Below, in pieces: positions 1 to 9,572 of a DNA stretch of 64,000 bases; the stretch's first letter is position 1, and each line of letters starts with the position of its first letter. The DNA is taken from positions 21,259 to 85,258 of the forward strand of contig CAKPCB010000001.1 of assembly GCA_934141245.1 (NCBI GenBank), given 5' to 3'. The notes below the pieces were generated by a model, which saw only the letters and a list, made by a program, of their open reading frames with translations, made no database searches and had not been told where the DNA came from. The stretch is from an uncultured Bacilli bacterium. Its GTDB lineage: Bacteria; Bacillota_I; Bacilli_A; RF39; UBA660. The position numbers and the translations under genes are program-made.

Positions 1-652
1 TATTTAAAAACCATAAGCTTGTTGTTCTCGCACATCTTCCATTGATATCAAAATAAGGATGTATAAATACCATATAAAAATGTATTATTTGTGATTTAAT
101 AAATAAGTCTACATCTGATAGATTATTATTTGTGTTGATATATTCAAATAATTCATTCATATGTGGCTCTATATTATTACAATTAAAACCTAAATCTGGT
201 TTTCTAGCCAAGTTAGTTGAATAAAAAATGTATACATCATCATGTCTATAATTCTTTCCTTCACGTAATAAGTCTGAGTCATTTAAAAGTCCGTAAGATA
301 ATATTTCATATAATTTACGAAGTGTATTTTTATTTATATTTTTTTCTTTAAGAATGTATTCATATCCATTAAATAAATTATATACTCTTTGATATTCATC
401 ATTAATTTTACTTGATCTTAAAAAAGGATTATTAATTATTTTTATTATTGAAGATAAATCTTCATTATATCCCTCTATAGAGTTATTATTTTTTAATTCA
501 TATGGAAAAAGTATTTCTTTTGGAAAAGAGGGTGAAGTAGAGAAAGTAGTTGATGATGTAAACTCTTCAAGTTCTTTCTTTATAGATTTTAAGGTTTCAC
601 TATTATAATATAAACGTCTATTGTTTTCAGTTGTTAACTTAAGTTCTTCCAT
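1..652 (-). CDS. Fic/Doc family protein (partial; 3' end lies beyond the window start)
   Basis: Minus-strand translation from the ATG at 650-652 gives MEELKLTTENNRRLYYNSE... Further on it reaches HPYFDINGRCAR, which matches the Fic core motif HPFx[D/E]GNGR. An AAAGGAG RBS lies just upstream on the minus strand. It is absent from the ORF track because no stop codon falls inside the window. Confidence 0.6.
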   Translation of the reverse strand, partial: MEELKLTTENNRRLYYNSETLKSIKKELEEFTSSTTFSTSPSFPKEILFPYELKNNNSIEGYNEDLSSIIKIINNPFLRSSKINDEYQRVYNLFNGYEYILKEKNINKNTLRKLYEILSYGLLNDSDLLREGKNYRHDDVYIFYSTNLARKPDLGFNCNNIEPHMNELFEYINTNNNLSDVDLFIKSQIIHFYMVFIHPYFDINGRCARTTSLWFLN

Positions 653-756
653 AAAACCACTCCTTTGATAACCAAGTATTATATACTATAGAGATATTTT
701 TGTAAATTGAATATTTTTTGTAGGTTTTGTTCTTAATATAATGAAAGGAGAAAACA

Positions 757-1548
757 ATGTCACGTCATAAAGTAGAAATTACTGGCGTGAACACAGCAAA
801 TATTCAAGTATTAACATCTGAAGAGATGGAAAATTTATTTAAGGAATTAAAAAGTGAAAATAAAGCTAAAGCATCACTAGCTAGGGAGAAGTTAGTTAAT
901 GGTAATTTAAAACTTGTTTTAAGTATATTGAAAAGATTTAATAAGCAAGCTGATAATATGGATGATTTATTTCAAATTGGATGTGTAGGGCTCTTAAAAG
1001 CTATTGATAATTTTGATTTATCATATGATGTTAAATTTTCAACATATTGTGTACCTATGATTTTAGGTGAGGTAAAAAGATATTTAAGAGATAATAATAA
1101 TAGTATTAGAGTTAGTAGATCATTAAGAGATTTGTCATATAAGATACTAAAACAAAAAGAAGAAATAATAATGAAGACAGGAAGAGAGCCACAAATAGAA
1201 GAACTTGCTAAAATACTAGAAGTAGAACCTTATAATATTATTAATGCTATAGAATCTATGAGAGATCCAATAAGTATTTTTAAGCCTATTTATAATGATG
1301 GTGGAGATACTATATATTTATTTGATCAAATAGAGGATAAAAATCTTAACAAGTCAAACATTGACATCAAATTATCACTAAATGATGCAATTGATGATCT
1401 AACTAAAAGAGAAAGATATATATTAGATGAAAGGTTCATAATGGGTAAAACTCAAATGGAAATTTCAGAAGAACTTGGAATTTCTCAAGCGCAAGTATCT
1501 AGAATTGAAAAGGGGATAATAAGGAATTTAAGAGAGCAAATGAAATAG
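757..1548 (+). CDS. sigG: Sporulation sigma factor SigG (sigma-70 family, group 3)
   Basis: 263 aa. The N-terminus MSRHKVEITGVNT...EEM, then LVNGNLKLVLSILKRF, DLFQIGCVGLLKAIDNFD, VKFSTYCVPMI...RYLRDNN, IRVSRS and the C-terminal GKTQMEISEELGISQAQVSRIEK are near-colinear with Bacillus subtilis SigG. Length also matches (260 aa). RBS GAAAGGAG precedes the ATG. Confidence 0.85.
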   Translation: MSRHKVEITGVNTANIQVLTSEEMENLFKELKSENKAKASLAREKLVNGNLKLVLSILKRFNKQADNMDDLFQIGCVGLLKAIDNFDLSYDVKFSTYCVPMILGEVKRYLRDNNNSIRVSRSLRDLSYKILKQKEEIIMKTGREPQIEELAKILEVEPYNIINAIESMRDPISIFKPIYNDGGDTIYLFDQIEDKNLNKSNIDIKLSLNDAIDDLTKRERYILDERFIMGKTQMEISEELGISQAQVSRIEKGIIRNLREQMK

Positions 1549-1623
1549 TAAAATATTATTTTATTGCTTTTTTAAATTTTTCACATTATAATATAGACGT
1601 CAATTAGTGGGAGTTGTATTATA

Positions 1624-2442
1624 ATGAATAAATCTATAAGTCAAGTGATTAGAGAAATTAGAAGTGGGGATTTAACTGAATTAGGAAATTTATATGAGCA
1701 CTATTATAATGTGTTTAGTCGATACATTGACGAAAATCAAGATGTTGAAAATATAATAGAGAAATATAAAGAACTTGTAAAAATAAGGATAATTTTATAT
1801 TTTAAAAATAATTGTACTGCTTCTATTTATTCCTATATTTGGTATACACTTGAACTGGCAAATAAATTTAAAACATGGGATTATGATGAATTAATTAATG
1901 TTAAGACAAAAAAGACATCTATAAAAGAATTTATTAATGAGGCATCAACTAATAAAGAAGCAAGAAAAGAATTAATAGAAAAGTACATGTATATAATAGA
2001 AAAATCATTAAGTAACTACAAAATTGATATTGAATACGAGGATGCCTTACAAATTGGATATTTACTTTTGATAGAAGTAACAAATGAATATTTTGATAAT
2101 TATGAGTATAATAAAAAATATTATTTTTCATCATATATTGAAGCACATATCTCAAGATATTATCCTATTTTACTTAATGATGCAAATAGAAGTCTTATAA
2201 GTTTTAATTCACAAAAAGAAGAAAAAATTGATACATCATTTGAAGATGGTTTATTCCAAGTAGAGTATTTAGATTATATTGAAAGAAATATATCTGAAAG
2301 TATTAGAGATGTGTTTGTTGTCCTACTTGAACAAGATAAAAAGATTGATATTGCAAATGAATTAGGAATAGGAAATAAACTTGTTTCTACTAGAATTTAT
2401 CAAAAAAGAAAAGTACTTGATAAGTTTTTTAAGATAAAATAG
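1624..2442 (+). CDS. Hypothetical protein with C-terminal HTH resembling sigma-70 region 4 (possible divergent sigma-like regulator)
   Basis: 272 aa ORF 76 nt downstream of sigG with RBS GGGAG. The C-terminal IDIANELGIGNKLVSTRIYQKRKVL resembles a region-4-type HTH. The N-terminal half is rich in aromatics, like sigma region 2, but no firm family assignment was possible by eye. Confidence 0.5.
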   Translation: MNKSISQVIREIRSGDLTELGNLYEHYYNVFSRYIDENQDVENIIEKYKELVKIRIILYFKNNCTASIYSYIWYTLELANKFKTWDYDELINVKTKKTSIKEFINEASTNKEARKELIEKYMYIIEKSLSNYKIDIEYEDALQIGYLLLIEVTNEYFDNYEYNKKYYFSSYIEAHISRYYPILLNDANRSLISFNSQKEEKIDTSFEDGLFQVEYLDYIERNISESIRDVFVVLLEQDKKIDIANELGIGNKLVSTRIYQKRKVLDKFFKIK

Positions 2443-2470
2443 TAAAATCTACATATAATAAAAATGTATA

Positions 2471-2499
2471 TTGACAATAAATAAAGAATTTACTATAAT
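2471..2499 (+). promoter_or_regulatory. Sigma-A type promoter (TTGACA-17-TATAAT) driving the asnS T-box leader
   Basis: Perfect -35 TTGACA at 2471-2476, a 17-nt spacer and a perfect -10 TATAAT at 2494-2499. Confidence 0.7.
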
Positions 2500-2748
2500 C
2501 TATTCAAACGATGAGCAAAAGAAGTAACAATAGATTCTTTTATAGAGAGTTAGTGATTGGTGTAAACTAATAAAGATATATTGTGAATAACATTTGTGAG
2601 TGCTTAAAGAAATTAAGTAGACTAAGCCGTATATCTACGTTACAGATAAGAGTGATCAATTTTGATAACTAGGGTGGTACCGCGGATTCAACAGTTATTC
2701 GTCCCTTATGGGATGTTTAACTGTTTTTTTAATTTTAGGAGGGTAAAT
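2500..2748 (+). promoter_or_regulatory. T-box riboswitch leader (tRNA-sensing antitermination) upstream of asnS
   Basis: Canonical T-box sequence AACTAGGGTGGTACCGCGG at ~2668-2686. It is followed by a terminator hairpin (aacagtt...aactgtt with inner gtccc/gggat) and a T-run ending at ~2738. AGAGA/AGTGA-type stem I elements lie upstream, and the leader sits between the promoter and the RBS GGAGGG. Confidence 0.75.
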
Positions 2749-4131
2749 ATGTTAGATGTAAAAGATTTATATGAAAAATTAGATGAATATTTAGGCAAAG
2801 AAGTGACATTGCAAGGATGGATAAAAAATCATAGAAAACAAAAAGAATTTGGATTTATAGACTTCTCAGATGGTACATATTTTAAACATGTTCAACTAGT
2901 ATATGATAACAAATTAAGTGATTTTGATACTATTCAAAAATATCATATTGGATGTGCAATAACTGTAGTAGGAGAAGTAGTAACATCAGAAGGTGCTGGT
3001 CAAGAATTTGAAATTAAGGTAAAATCTATTAAACTAGAAGGAGATTGTCCAGAAGATTATCCAATGCAACCAAAACGTCATTCAATGGAATTTTTAAGAG
3101 AACAGGCTTATTTAAGACCAAGAGTAAATATATTTCAAGCAGTATTTCGTATAAGAAGTATTGCAGCTCAAGCAATACATGAATATTTTCAATCAAATAA
3201 TTATGTATATGTTCATACTCCATTGATAACTACTGCTGATTGTGAAGGCTCAGATCAAATGTTTAAAATAACTACACTAAATATGAATAATTTACCTAAA
3301 GATAAAGATGGTAATGTAGATATGTCAAAAGATTTATTTGGAAAAACAGCTTTTGTAACAGGTACAGGTCAATTACATGGAGAAGCTTTTGCAATGGCAT
3401 TTAAAAAGATTTATACGTTTGGACCAACTTTCAGAACAGAAAAATCAAATACAAAAACACACGCAAATGAATTTTGGATGATAGAACCAGAAATAGGATT
3501 TTGTGATTTAAATGGATTGATGGATATAGAGGAACAAATGTTAAAATTTATTGTAAATTATGTATTAGAGCATTGTAAAAATGAAATAGATTTTTTAGAT
3601 AAATTTGTTCAAAAAGGTTTAAGAGAAAAATTAGAAAAACTAGTTAATTCTAAATTTACAAGAATTACTCATCATGATGTTATAGATATATTAAAAAAAT
3701 CAGATATAAAATGGGAATTTACTCCAGATTATTCTTCTGATATTGCTAAAGAACATGAAAGATATATAACTGAATATTTTAATGGACCAGTATTTATAAC
3801 AGATTGGCCAAAAGATATAAAAGCTTGGTATATGAAAGTTAATCCAGATAATAAAACGGTTGCCGCAGTTGACTTAGAAGTTCCTGGTGCTGGAGAATTA
3901 ATGGGTGGATCACAACGTGAAGAAGATTATGATAAATTAATCAAAAGATGTAAAGAAATGGGCGTTGATTTTGACACAGTTGATTGGTTCTGTAATCTAA
4001 GAAAGTTTGGAGGATGCTATCACTCTGGATTTGGTATGGGATTTGAAAGATTATTAATTTATCTAACAGGAGTAGAAAATATTCGTGATGTAATTCCATT
4101 CCCAAGAACACCTGGATGTTGTGATTTTTAA
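2749..4131 (+). CDS. asnS: Asparagine--tRNA ligase
   Basis: True start is probably the ATG at 2749 (MLDVKDLYEK...) after RBS AGGAGGG. The ORF-track start at 2662 lies inside the T-box leader. Class IIb aaRS motifs are present: FRTE, GAGELMGGSQRE and GFGMGFERL. 461 aa, typical for AsnS. Confidence 0.9.
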   Translation: MLDVKDLYEKLDEYLGKEVTLQGWIKNHRKQKEFGFIDFSDGTYFKHVQLVYDNKLSDFDTIQKYHIGCAITVVGEVVTSEGAGQEFEIKVKSIKLEGDCPEDYPMQPKRHSMEFLREQAYLRPRVNIFQAVFRIRSIAAQAIHEYFQSNNYVYVHTPLITTADCEGSDQMFKITTLNMNNLPKDKDGNVDMSKDLFGKTAFVTGTGQLHGEAFAMAFKKIYTFGPTFRTEKSNTKTHANEFWMIEPEIGFCDLNGLMDIEEQMLKFIVNYVLEHCKNEIDFLDKFVQKGLREKLEKLVNSKFTRITHHDVIDILKKSDIKWEFTPDYSSDIAKEHERYITEYFNGPVFITDWPKDIKAWYMKVNPDNKTVAAVDLEVPGAGELMGGSQREEDYDKLIKRCKEMGVDFDTVDWFCNLRKFGGCYHSGFGMGFERLLIYLTGVENIRDVIPFPRTPGCCDF

Positions 4132-4183
4132 AAAATTGTATAAAAATATAAATAATGTAAAGAATACTACTGAGGAGGCAAAA

Positions 4184-4729
4184 ATGAAAAAATTTGTTTT
4201 TATAGTAGTTTCTTTATTATTATTAACTTGTGGTTGTGACAGTATGATGAATACACCAACTAAAAGAGTAGAAGAGTTTTTGAATAAGTATCAGAGACAG
4301 GATTCAGAGGTATTATCACAATTAGATACCGCAATAAAAGATGGAAATTATAATTTCACAGATGCTCAAATGAAGTCATATAAGGAACTAATGAAAAATC
4401 AATATAAGAATTTAACTTATACTATTAAAGAAGAGTTGATTGATGGAAATAATGCTACTGTAACAGTAGAAATAGAGGTATTTGATTATAATAAAGTTAT
4501 GAATGAAGCAGAAACATATTATACTACACATGCTGATGAGTTTAAAAATGAATCTGGTGAATTAGATAATTCAAAATATATGGATTATAAGCTTGAAAAG
4601 TTAAAAGATGCTAAAGATAAAATAAAATATACATTAAATCTAACTCTTACTAAAAGTAATAAAAGATGGATACTAAATGATATAACTGAAACTGATAGAC
4701 AAAAAATTCATGGTTTATACAATTCATAA
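4184..4729 (+). CDS. Lipoprotein (hypothetical)
   Basis: The internal ATG at 4184 follows RBS GAGGAGG. The signal peptide with lipobox MKKFVFIVVSLLLLTCGCD is followed by a hydrophilic domain. A terminator hairpin follows at ~4749-4780. Confidence 0.65.
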   Translation: MKKFVFIVVSLLLLTCGCDSMMNTPTKRVEEFLNKYQRQDSEVLSQLDTAIKDGNYNFTDAQMKSYKELMKNQYKNLTYTIKEELIDGNNATVTVEIEVFDYNKVMNEAETYYTTHADEFKNESGELDNSKYMDYKLEKLKDAKDKIKYTLNLTLTKSNKRWILNDITETDRQKIHGLYNS

Positions 4730-4748
4730 TATATGTAAACTATTGTAA

Positions 4749-4780
4749 AGAAGAGATAATCAAGATGTCTCTTCTTTTTC
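4749..4780 (+). terminator. Rho-independent terminator after the lipoprotein gene
   Basis: Hairpin aagaagagat...gtctcttctt followed by TTTTT. Confidence 0.55.
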
Positions 4781-4811
4781 CTTATGATAAAATATAATTG
4801 GAGGATTTTAT

Positions 4812-5513
4812 ATGGAATATAAAAGAGTACTATTAAAGTTAAGTGGTGAAGCATTAAAAAATGGAAAAGATGATATTGTTGACTTTGATTATGTTTTAAA
4901 ACTATGCAATGAAATTTCAAAGTTAAATAAAAAGTTCATAAGTATTGGAATTGTAGTAGGTGGAGGTAATATTTGGAGAGGAAGAGAAAACACCTATATT
5001 GATAGTGAATCATCGGACAGAATAGGAATACTTGGAACTAGTATAAATGCACTTATTTTAAAATCTGCTTTTGATAAATTGAAAATAAATGCTTGTGTAT
5101 ATAATTCATTTGATGCAAAAAATATTATTGATAAAGTACCAAGCAAAGAAAAATTGTCTATATTGAATAAGGAAAACATAATTATATTTGGTGGTGGAAC
5201 AGGTAAAGTGGGTTGCTCAACTGATACTGCTGCTGCATTATATGCAAATTTAATTGATGCAGATGTAATAATAAAGTTAACAAATGTAGACGGAATATAT
5301 AATATGGATCCCAATAAGTATACAAATGCAAAAAAGTATGACAATATTTCTTTTGATGAGGTAATAGATAAAAATTTAAGTGTTATGGATTTAAGTGCCA
5401 TTAAAATATGCAGAGATAATAATATTGAAATATTAGTAACAAATATTAATAGTTTATTTAACGTGGAAGATGCTATAAGCAAGAAATCTTATAGTATTGT
5501 AAAAAACAAATGA
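4812..5513 (+). CDS. pyrH: UMP kinase (PyrH) family amino-acid-kinase-fold protein, orphan copy
   Basis: KRVLLKLSGEAL, GGGNIWRG and TDTAAALYANLIDADVIIKLTNVDGIYNMDP match PyrH signature regions. It is not flanked by tsf or frr, so it may be a paralogue rather than the housekeeping copy. Confidence 0.7.
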   Translation: MEYKRVLLKLSGEALKNGKDDIVDFDYVLKLCNEISKLNKKFISIGIVVGGGNIWRGRENTYIDSESSDRIGILGTSINALILKSAFDKLKINACVYNSFDAKNIIDKVPSKEKLSILNKENIIIFGGGTGKVGCSTDTAAALYANLIDADVIIKLTNVDGIYNMDPNKYTNAKKYDNISFDEVIDKNLSVMDLSAIKICRDNNIEILVTNINSLFNVEDAISKKSYSIVKNK

Positions 5514-5639
5514 GTGATTTTTTAATGAAAAATTTATCAAAAAATGATATAATTAATAAAAATAGGGGCTAGATATTTAAGTTATTATATAAATGTTGTA
5601 ATTTAAATTAAGAAAATCTAATAACAGGAGACATTATTT

Positions 5640-7826
5640 ATGGAGTTAATGGAATTATATCAACAAATAAAAAATCCAATTGATGATCCAAAAGTAATAG
5701 AAAAATTAATAAATGTATATGCTAATATTCCCAATGGATATGAAGGATATTACACTCAATTATTAAGCACTGTACAAAAGGAACATAATAATGGTCAATA
5801 CTATACTGCTGATGCTGATAAGTTTTATTCAATGTTGTTTAATAAATGGAAGAACAATATAATTGCATTAAATAGTGAAGAATTTAGAAAATTATATAGT
5901 CAGGGTAGTTATGGACAAGACTTTATTGAAATGAGGAATTATCTAAAAAGTGTTCCTGATGTAACAACAATGAATGAAGCAGATGCTATACTAAGTGGAA
6001 ATACAAATAATAAAGATATAAATAATGCAATTAGAAAGTATAGTTGGAAAGCATTGGGTGAAGATAGTGATTGGATTCATGTTTGTTCTAAATATTTAAC
6101 AGCACAAAAAGAGGACTATCCAAATGTAGAGCATAGACTATACTTGGATACTGAATCTTTAGATACCTATAAAATGGCAGAACTTTTTGTTGAAAAATGT
6201 GATCAGCATAAGCTACCATATTATTTTAAATTCGATGAACTTGCTAACAGGGATGATACTATTGTAATTTATTCATCAACAGAAAATCTAACTAAGTATG
6301 TTGAAATTTTAAAAGAAATACAAAAAGAGCATCCTGAATTAGTTTCAAGATTAAAAGAACCCCCAGTACTTGCTGGAAGAATTGATGGTTGGATTGGATA
6401 TGGTTCTGAACCACAAAAAACACCTGATGGTAAACCTCAATCATTTAATAAAACTAGGACTAAAATTTTGGAAAATGCAATAGGAAATACTACAAAGCAA
6501 TGGATTATGGATCATAGAATGATGTTGGTTACATATCAAGGCCAAGAATTGAGTTTTCAAGATTATATTGCTATGAAAGGAACAGAAAAATTAATATCTA
6601 GTTTAGAACATAAATATAATTATTGGGAAAAAGATGGATCGTTTAATCCCACTATGATTAGTAATATGTTAGGATATACACTACAAGATATTAAATCAGG
6701 TCAGTTTAAGAAAAATGTATATGAAGTATTAAAAAGTAGTATATCTTCATCATTATCAACTGTATGTAATGGAAATGCAAAAGATATGGAATTCATTAAT
6801 ATGGGAGTAAGGAATGGTAAAAAAATACATTTTACTGGTTATGACTTAGAAAAAACAATTCAAGAAGTATCTGTGATTATTTCAAAAATCGATTCAAATT
6901 TCATACCTACAATTCAATCTGAAATAAAAAATTCTGCAAAACAATATGGCATCGATAGTGAAAAATTTTGCTTTGATATCAAATCAAAAGAAAGAATGAT
7001 GGAAGTAGCAACACAGCTAGACAATCAAAATATATCAGTGTCTATAAACGATAATAAAGAAAAAACAATTTTGACAAATGATTCGACAAATCCAAATGCT
7101 AATTTAGGATCTTCGGGTGAAGATTACTATGAAATGATAGATAGAATAAAAAGTTTAGGAAGTTTAAAAGATATTTTAAAAAACGAAAATTTAGTTATGG
7201 CTATAATCGCATATAATGGAGATAGACATTTCTTTGCAGCATTTATAGATCTAATTAATGAAGGCCTTGCAAAGCATGAAATTTCCAGTGATGATTTAGA
7301 GGTTTTCACTTCTGGTAAAGTTGCAGAAGCAATTATAAATATTAATGAAACAGCAAAGCAATATGGAAATAGGAATGCATATCCAAATGAGTCACAAGAT
7401 AAGTTGAATTATTTATCAGAAATAACTGATAGTAAAGCATATGCGGCTAGTTTCACACATCCAGAAATTTTAAATGCAATGGCTGGTAATGGAAATACTG
7501 AATTAACCGAATGGTCAAGAAAAACTACAAAGCCTCCAGTAGGGGGATTTGCAACTGTAATATCAGAAATGCTTGCACGAGGTAATGTTGAACAGGCAAA
7601 AAATTTTATAGATAGAGTATGTTATTATGAAAAAGAGTATTCTTTAGCAAAACATGTGAATAATAGGAAGGAACAAACTGATTTTGAACAACATTTAGTT
7701 ACTACTCAAAAAAAATTATCCAATAAAACAGGAAATATAAGGATTACTAAAGTGAATTTACATAAAATGAAGGAATCATTAACAACAACTAAGTCTGAAC
7801 AAAGAATGAATAGTACTAAAAAATAG
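5640..7826 (+). CDS. Large hypothetical protein (728 aa), no recognisable family
   Basis: Long ORF with a good RBS (ACAGGAGA), codon usage like its neighbours, and no TM segments. A conserved-looking block is HRLYLDTESLDTYKMAELFVEKCDQHKLPYYFKFDELANRDDTIVIYSS, with GRIDGWIGYG further downstream. Confidence 0.7.
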   Translation: MELMELYQQIKNPIDDPKVIEKLINVYANIPNGYEGYYTQLLSTVQKEHNNGQYYTADADKFYSMLFNKWKNNIIALNSEEFRKLYSQGSYGQDFIEMRNYLKSVPDVTTMNEADAILSGNTNNKDINNAIRKYSWKALGEDSDWIHVCSKYLTAQKEDYPNVEHRLYLDTESLDTYKMAELFVEKCDQHKLPYYFKFDELANRDDTIVIYSSTENLTKYVEILKEIQKEHPELVSRLKEPPVLAGRIDGWIGYGSEPQKTPDGKPQSFNKTRTKILENAIGNTTKQWIMDHRMMLVTYQGQELSFQDYIAMKGTEKLISSLEHKYNYWEKDGSFNPTMISNMLGYTLQDIKSGQFKKNVYEVLKSSISSSLSTVCNGNAKDMEFINMGVRNGKKIHFTGYDLEKTIQEVSVIISKIDSNFIPTIQSEIKNSAKQYGIDSEKFCFDIKSKERMMEVATQLDNQNISVSINDNKEKTILTNDSTNPNANLGSSGEDYYEMIDRIKSLGSLKDILKNENLVMAIIAYNGDRHFFAAFIDLINEGLAKHEISSDDLEVFTSGKVAEAIININETAKQYGNRNAYPNESQDKLNYLSEITDSKAYAASFTHPEILNAMAGNGNTELTEWSRKTTKPPVGGFATVISEMLARGNVEQAKNFIDRVCYYEKEYSLAKHVNNRKEQTDFEQHLVTTQKKLSNKTGNIRITKVNLHKMKESLTTTKSEQRMNSTKK

Positions 7827-7902
7827 TATGAAATACTAAAAGCAACATATAAAAAAATAAATAAGAGAACTAATTTTAGCATATAATTGTTTAGGTGAAG
7901 AT

Positions 7903-8982
7903 ATGAAAAAAATAGTTCTTTTTTTATTTGTTTTATTATTACCAATAAATATTTATGCAATAAGTGATACAGCAAAATCAACAATCGTAATGGATATGGA
8001 TAGTGGGAGAATACTATATCAAAAGAATGCAAATGAGCAGAGATTAATTGCATCAACAACAAAAATAATGACCGCAGTAATTGCAATAGAAAACGGAAAC
8101 TTAGATGAAGAAGTCACGGTTGGAGAAGAAGTGCTTAAAATGTATGGTTCTAATATATATATTGAATTAGGTGAAGTAATGACACTTAGAAATCTTTTAT
8201 ATGGATTACTTTTAAGAAGTGGTAATGATGCAGCAATGGTTATCGCATGTAACATAGGAAAAACAGAAGAAAAGTTTGTAGAAATGATGAATGCTAAAGC
8301 AAAAGAAATAGGTATGAAAAATACCATCTTTAGAAATAGTCACGGTCTAGATGAAGAAACTAAAAATTATTCAACAGCAAAAGATATGGCAATACTTTCA
8401 AGTTATGCAAATAAGCTAGATGTTTATAAACAGATATCAAAAACAAAAAAGTGGACTGTTCAAACTGATAAGAAAAGTTATGTTTGGAATAATAGAAATA
8501 AACTTCTTTATTCTTATAAAAATGCAACAGGTGGAAAAACTGGATATACCCCAAGTGCAGGAAGAACATTAGTTACAACTGCATCAAAAGATAATTTAAA
8601 TCTTACAATTGCTACATTAAATGATGCTAATGAATATACAACACATGAATCACTATATGAATATTGCTTTAATAAATATACAAATTATTTAATTGTTGAT
8701 AGAAATAACTTTCAAATAGATGATAACTTTTTTAAGGACAAATTATATATTAAAAAATCTTTTACATATCCATTAACTACTAGTGAAGAAAAAAATATAA
8801 ATGTAGTTGTTAAGTTAGAAAAAGTAAAAAAGTATAATGATAATGATAAAGTAGGTAACGTCATAGTTACATTAAACGAAGAAGAAATATTTAATACTCC
8901 TGTATATGTCAAAAAAAAGGAAAGCAAAATAACTTTCATTAAAAAGCTTAAAAATATAATTAAGAAAGTATTTGGTAAATAA
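7903..8982 (+). CDS. dacB: D-alanyl-D-alanine carboxypeptidase (sporulation-specific PBP5*-like, DacB)
   Basis: Signal peptide, then SxxK (ASTTKIMTA), SGN (LRSGNDAA) and KTG (GGKTGYT) motifs. It lies immediately upstream of spmA-spmB, as in the B. subtilis dacB-spmA-spmB operon. Confidence 0.85.
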   Translation: MKKIVLFLFVLLLPINIYAISDTAKSTIVMDMDSGRILYQKNANEQRLIASTTKIMTAVIAIENGNLDEEVTVGEEVLKMYGSNIYIELGEVMTLRNLLYGLLLRSGNDAAMVIACNIGKTEEKFVEMMNAKAKEIGMKNTIFRNSHGLDEETKNYSTAKDMAILSSYANKLDVYKQISKTKKWTVQTDKKSYVWNNRNKLLYSYKNATGGKTGYTPSAGRTLVTTASKDNLNLTIATLNDANEYTTHESLYEYCFNKYTNYLIVDRNNFQIDDNFFKDKLYIKKSFTYPLTTSEEKNINVVVKLEKVKKYNDNDKVGNVIVTLNEEEIFNTPVYVKKKESKITFIKKLKNIIKKVFGK

Positions 8983-8984
8983 TT

Positions 8985-9572
8985 ATGATGAATAAAATAT
9001 GGGGTATGTTTATTATAATTGGAATTATATTTTCTATTACAACTAGAAATATAGAGATTATAAATAATGAAATGATTACGTTTCCAAATGAAATTTTGGA
9101 TATATTTTTATCCATGTTACCACTTATGATTATATGGAGTGGTATTATGAACATTGCAAAGGATGCTGGAATATTAAAAAAATTAACAAATTTTTTAAGT
9201 CCAGTTTTTTCTAAAATATTTCCTGATATACCAAAAAATCATGAATCTTTAGGGTATATTGCATCAAATTTAATAATAAATATGCTTGGAATACATAATG
9301 CATCAACACCATTTGGACTTAAGGCAATGAAATCATTAGATGATTTAAATGAAAATAAAAAGGTTGCTAGTAGAAGCATGATAACTTTTTTAGTTTTAAA
9401 TACAAGTGGAGTTACAATAATAGCAACAGATATAATTGCAATAAGAGCTAAATATGGTGCTGTAGAGCCTACAATGATTTTGTCTACGACTATAACTGCA
9501 ACTATTTTAACAACCATTTTTGGGTTAATTGTTGATAGAATATTTTATAACATCAAGGGGAAAAAGTCATGA
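8985..9572 (+). CDS. spmA: Spore maturation protein A (nucleoside-recognition domain membrane protein)
   Basis: 195 aa polytopic membrane protein. Position after dacB and size match SpmA (196 aa). Its end overlaps the start of the next gene. Confidence 0.8.
   Translation: MMNKIWGMFIIIGIIFSITTRNIEIINNEMITFPNEILDIFLSMLPLMIIWSGIMNIAKDAGILKKLTNFLSPVFSKIFPDIPKNHESLGYIASNLIINMLGIHNASTPFGLKAMKSLDDLNENKKVASRSMITFLVLNTSGVTIIATDIIAIRAKYGAVEPTMILSTTITATILTTIFGLIVDRIFYNIKGKKS

Noticed and set aside
1949-2155. Antisense ORFs of 60-170 aa inside larger genes (for example 1949-2155, 3029-3223, 4994-5482, 8019-8327, 18252-18545, 24844-25413, 38554-38898, 48144-48581, 49349-49852, 51463-51870)
   Set aside because: Each is fully embedded antisense to a confidently assigned gene. 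They have hydrophobic, low-complexity translations typical of AT-rich antisense frames and no start-site signals.
2662-2748. 5' extension of the asnS ORF in the ORF track (TTG start at 2662)
   Set aside because: The extension reads through the T-box sequence and terminator hairpin. An ATG with a strong RBS at 2749 gives a normal AsnS N-terminus.
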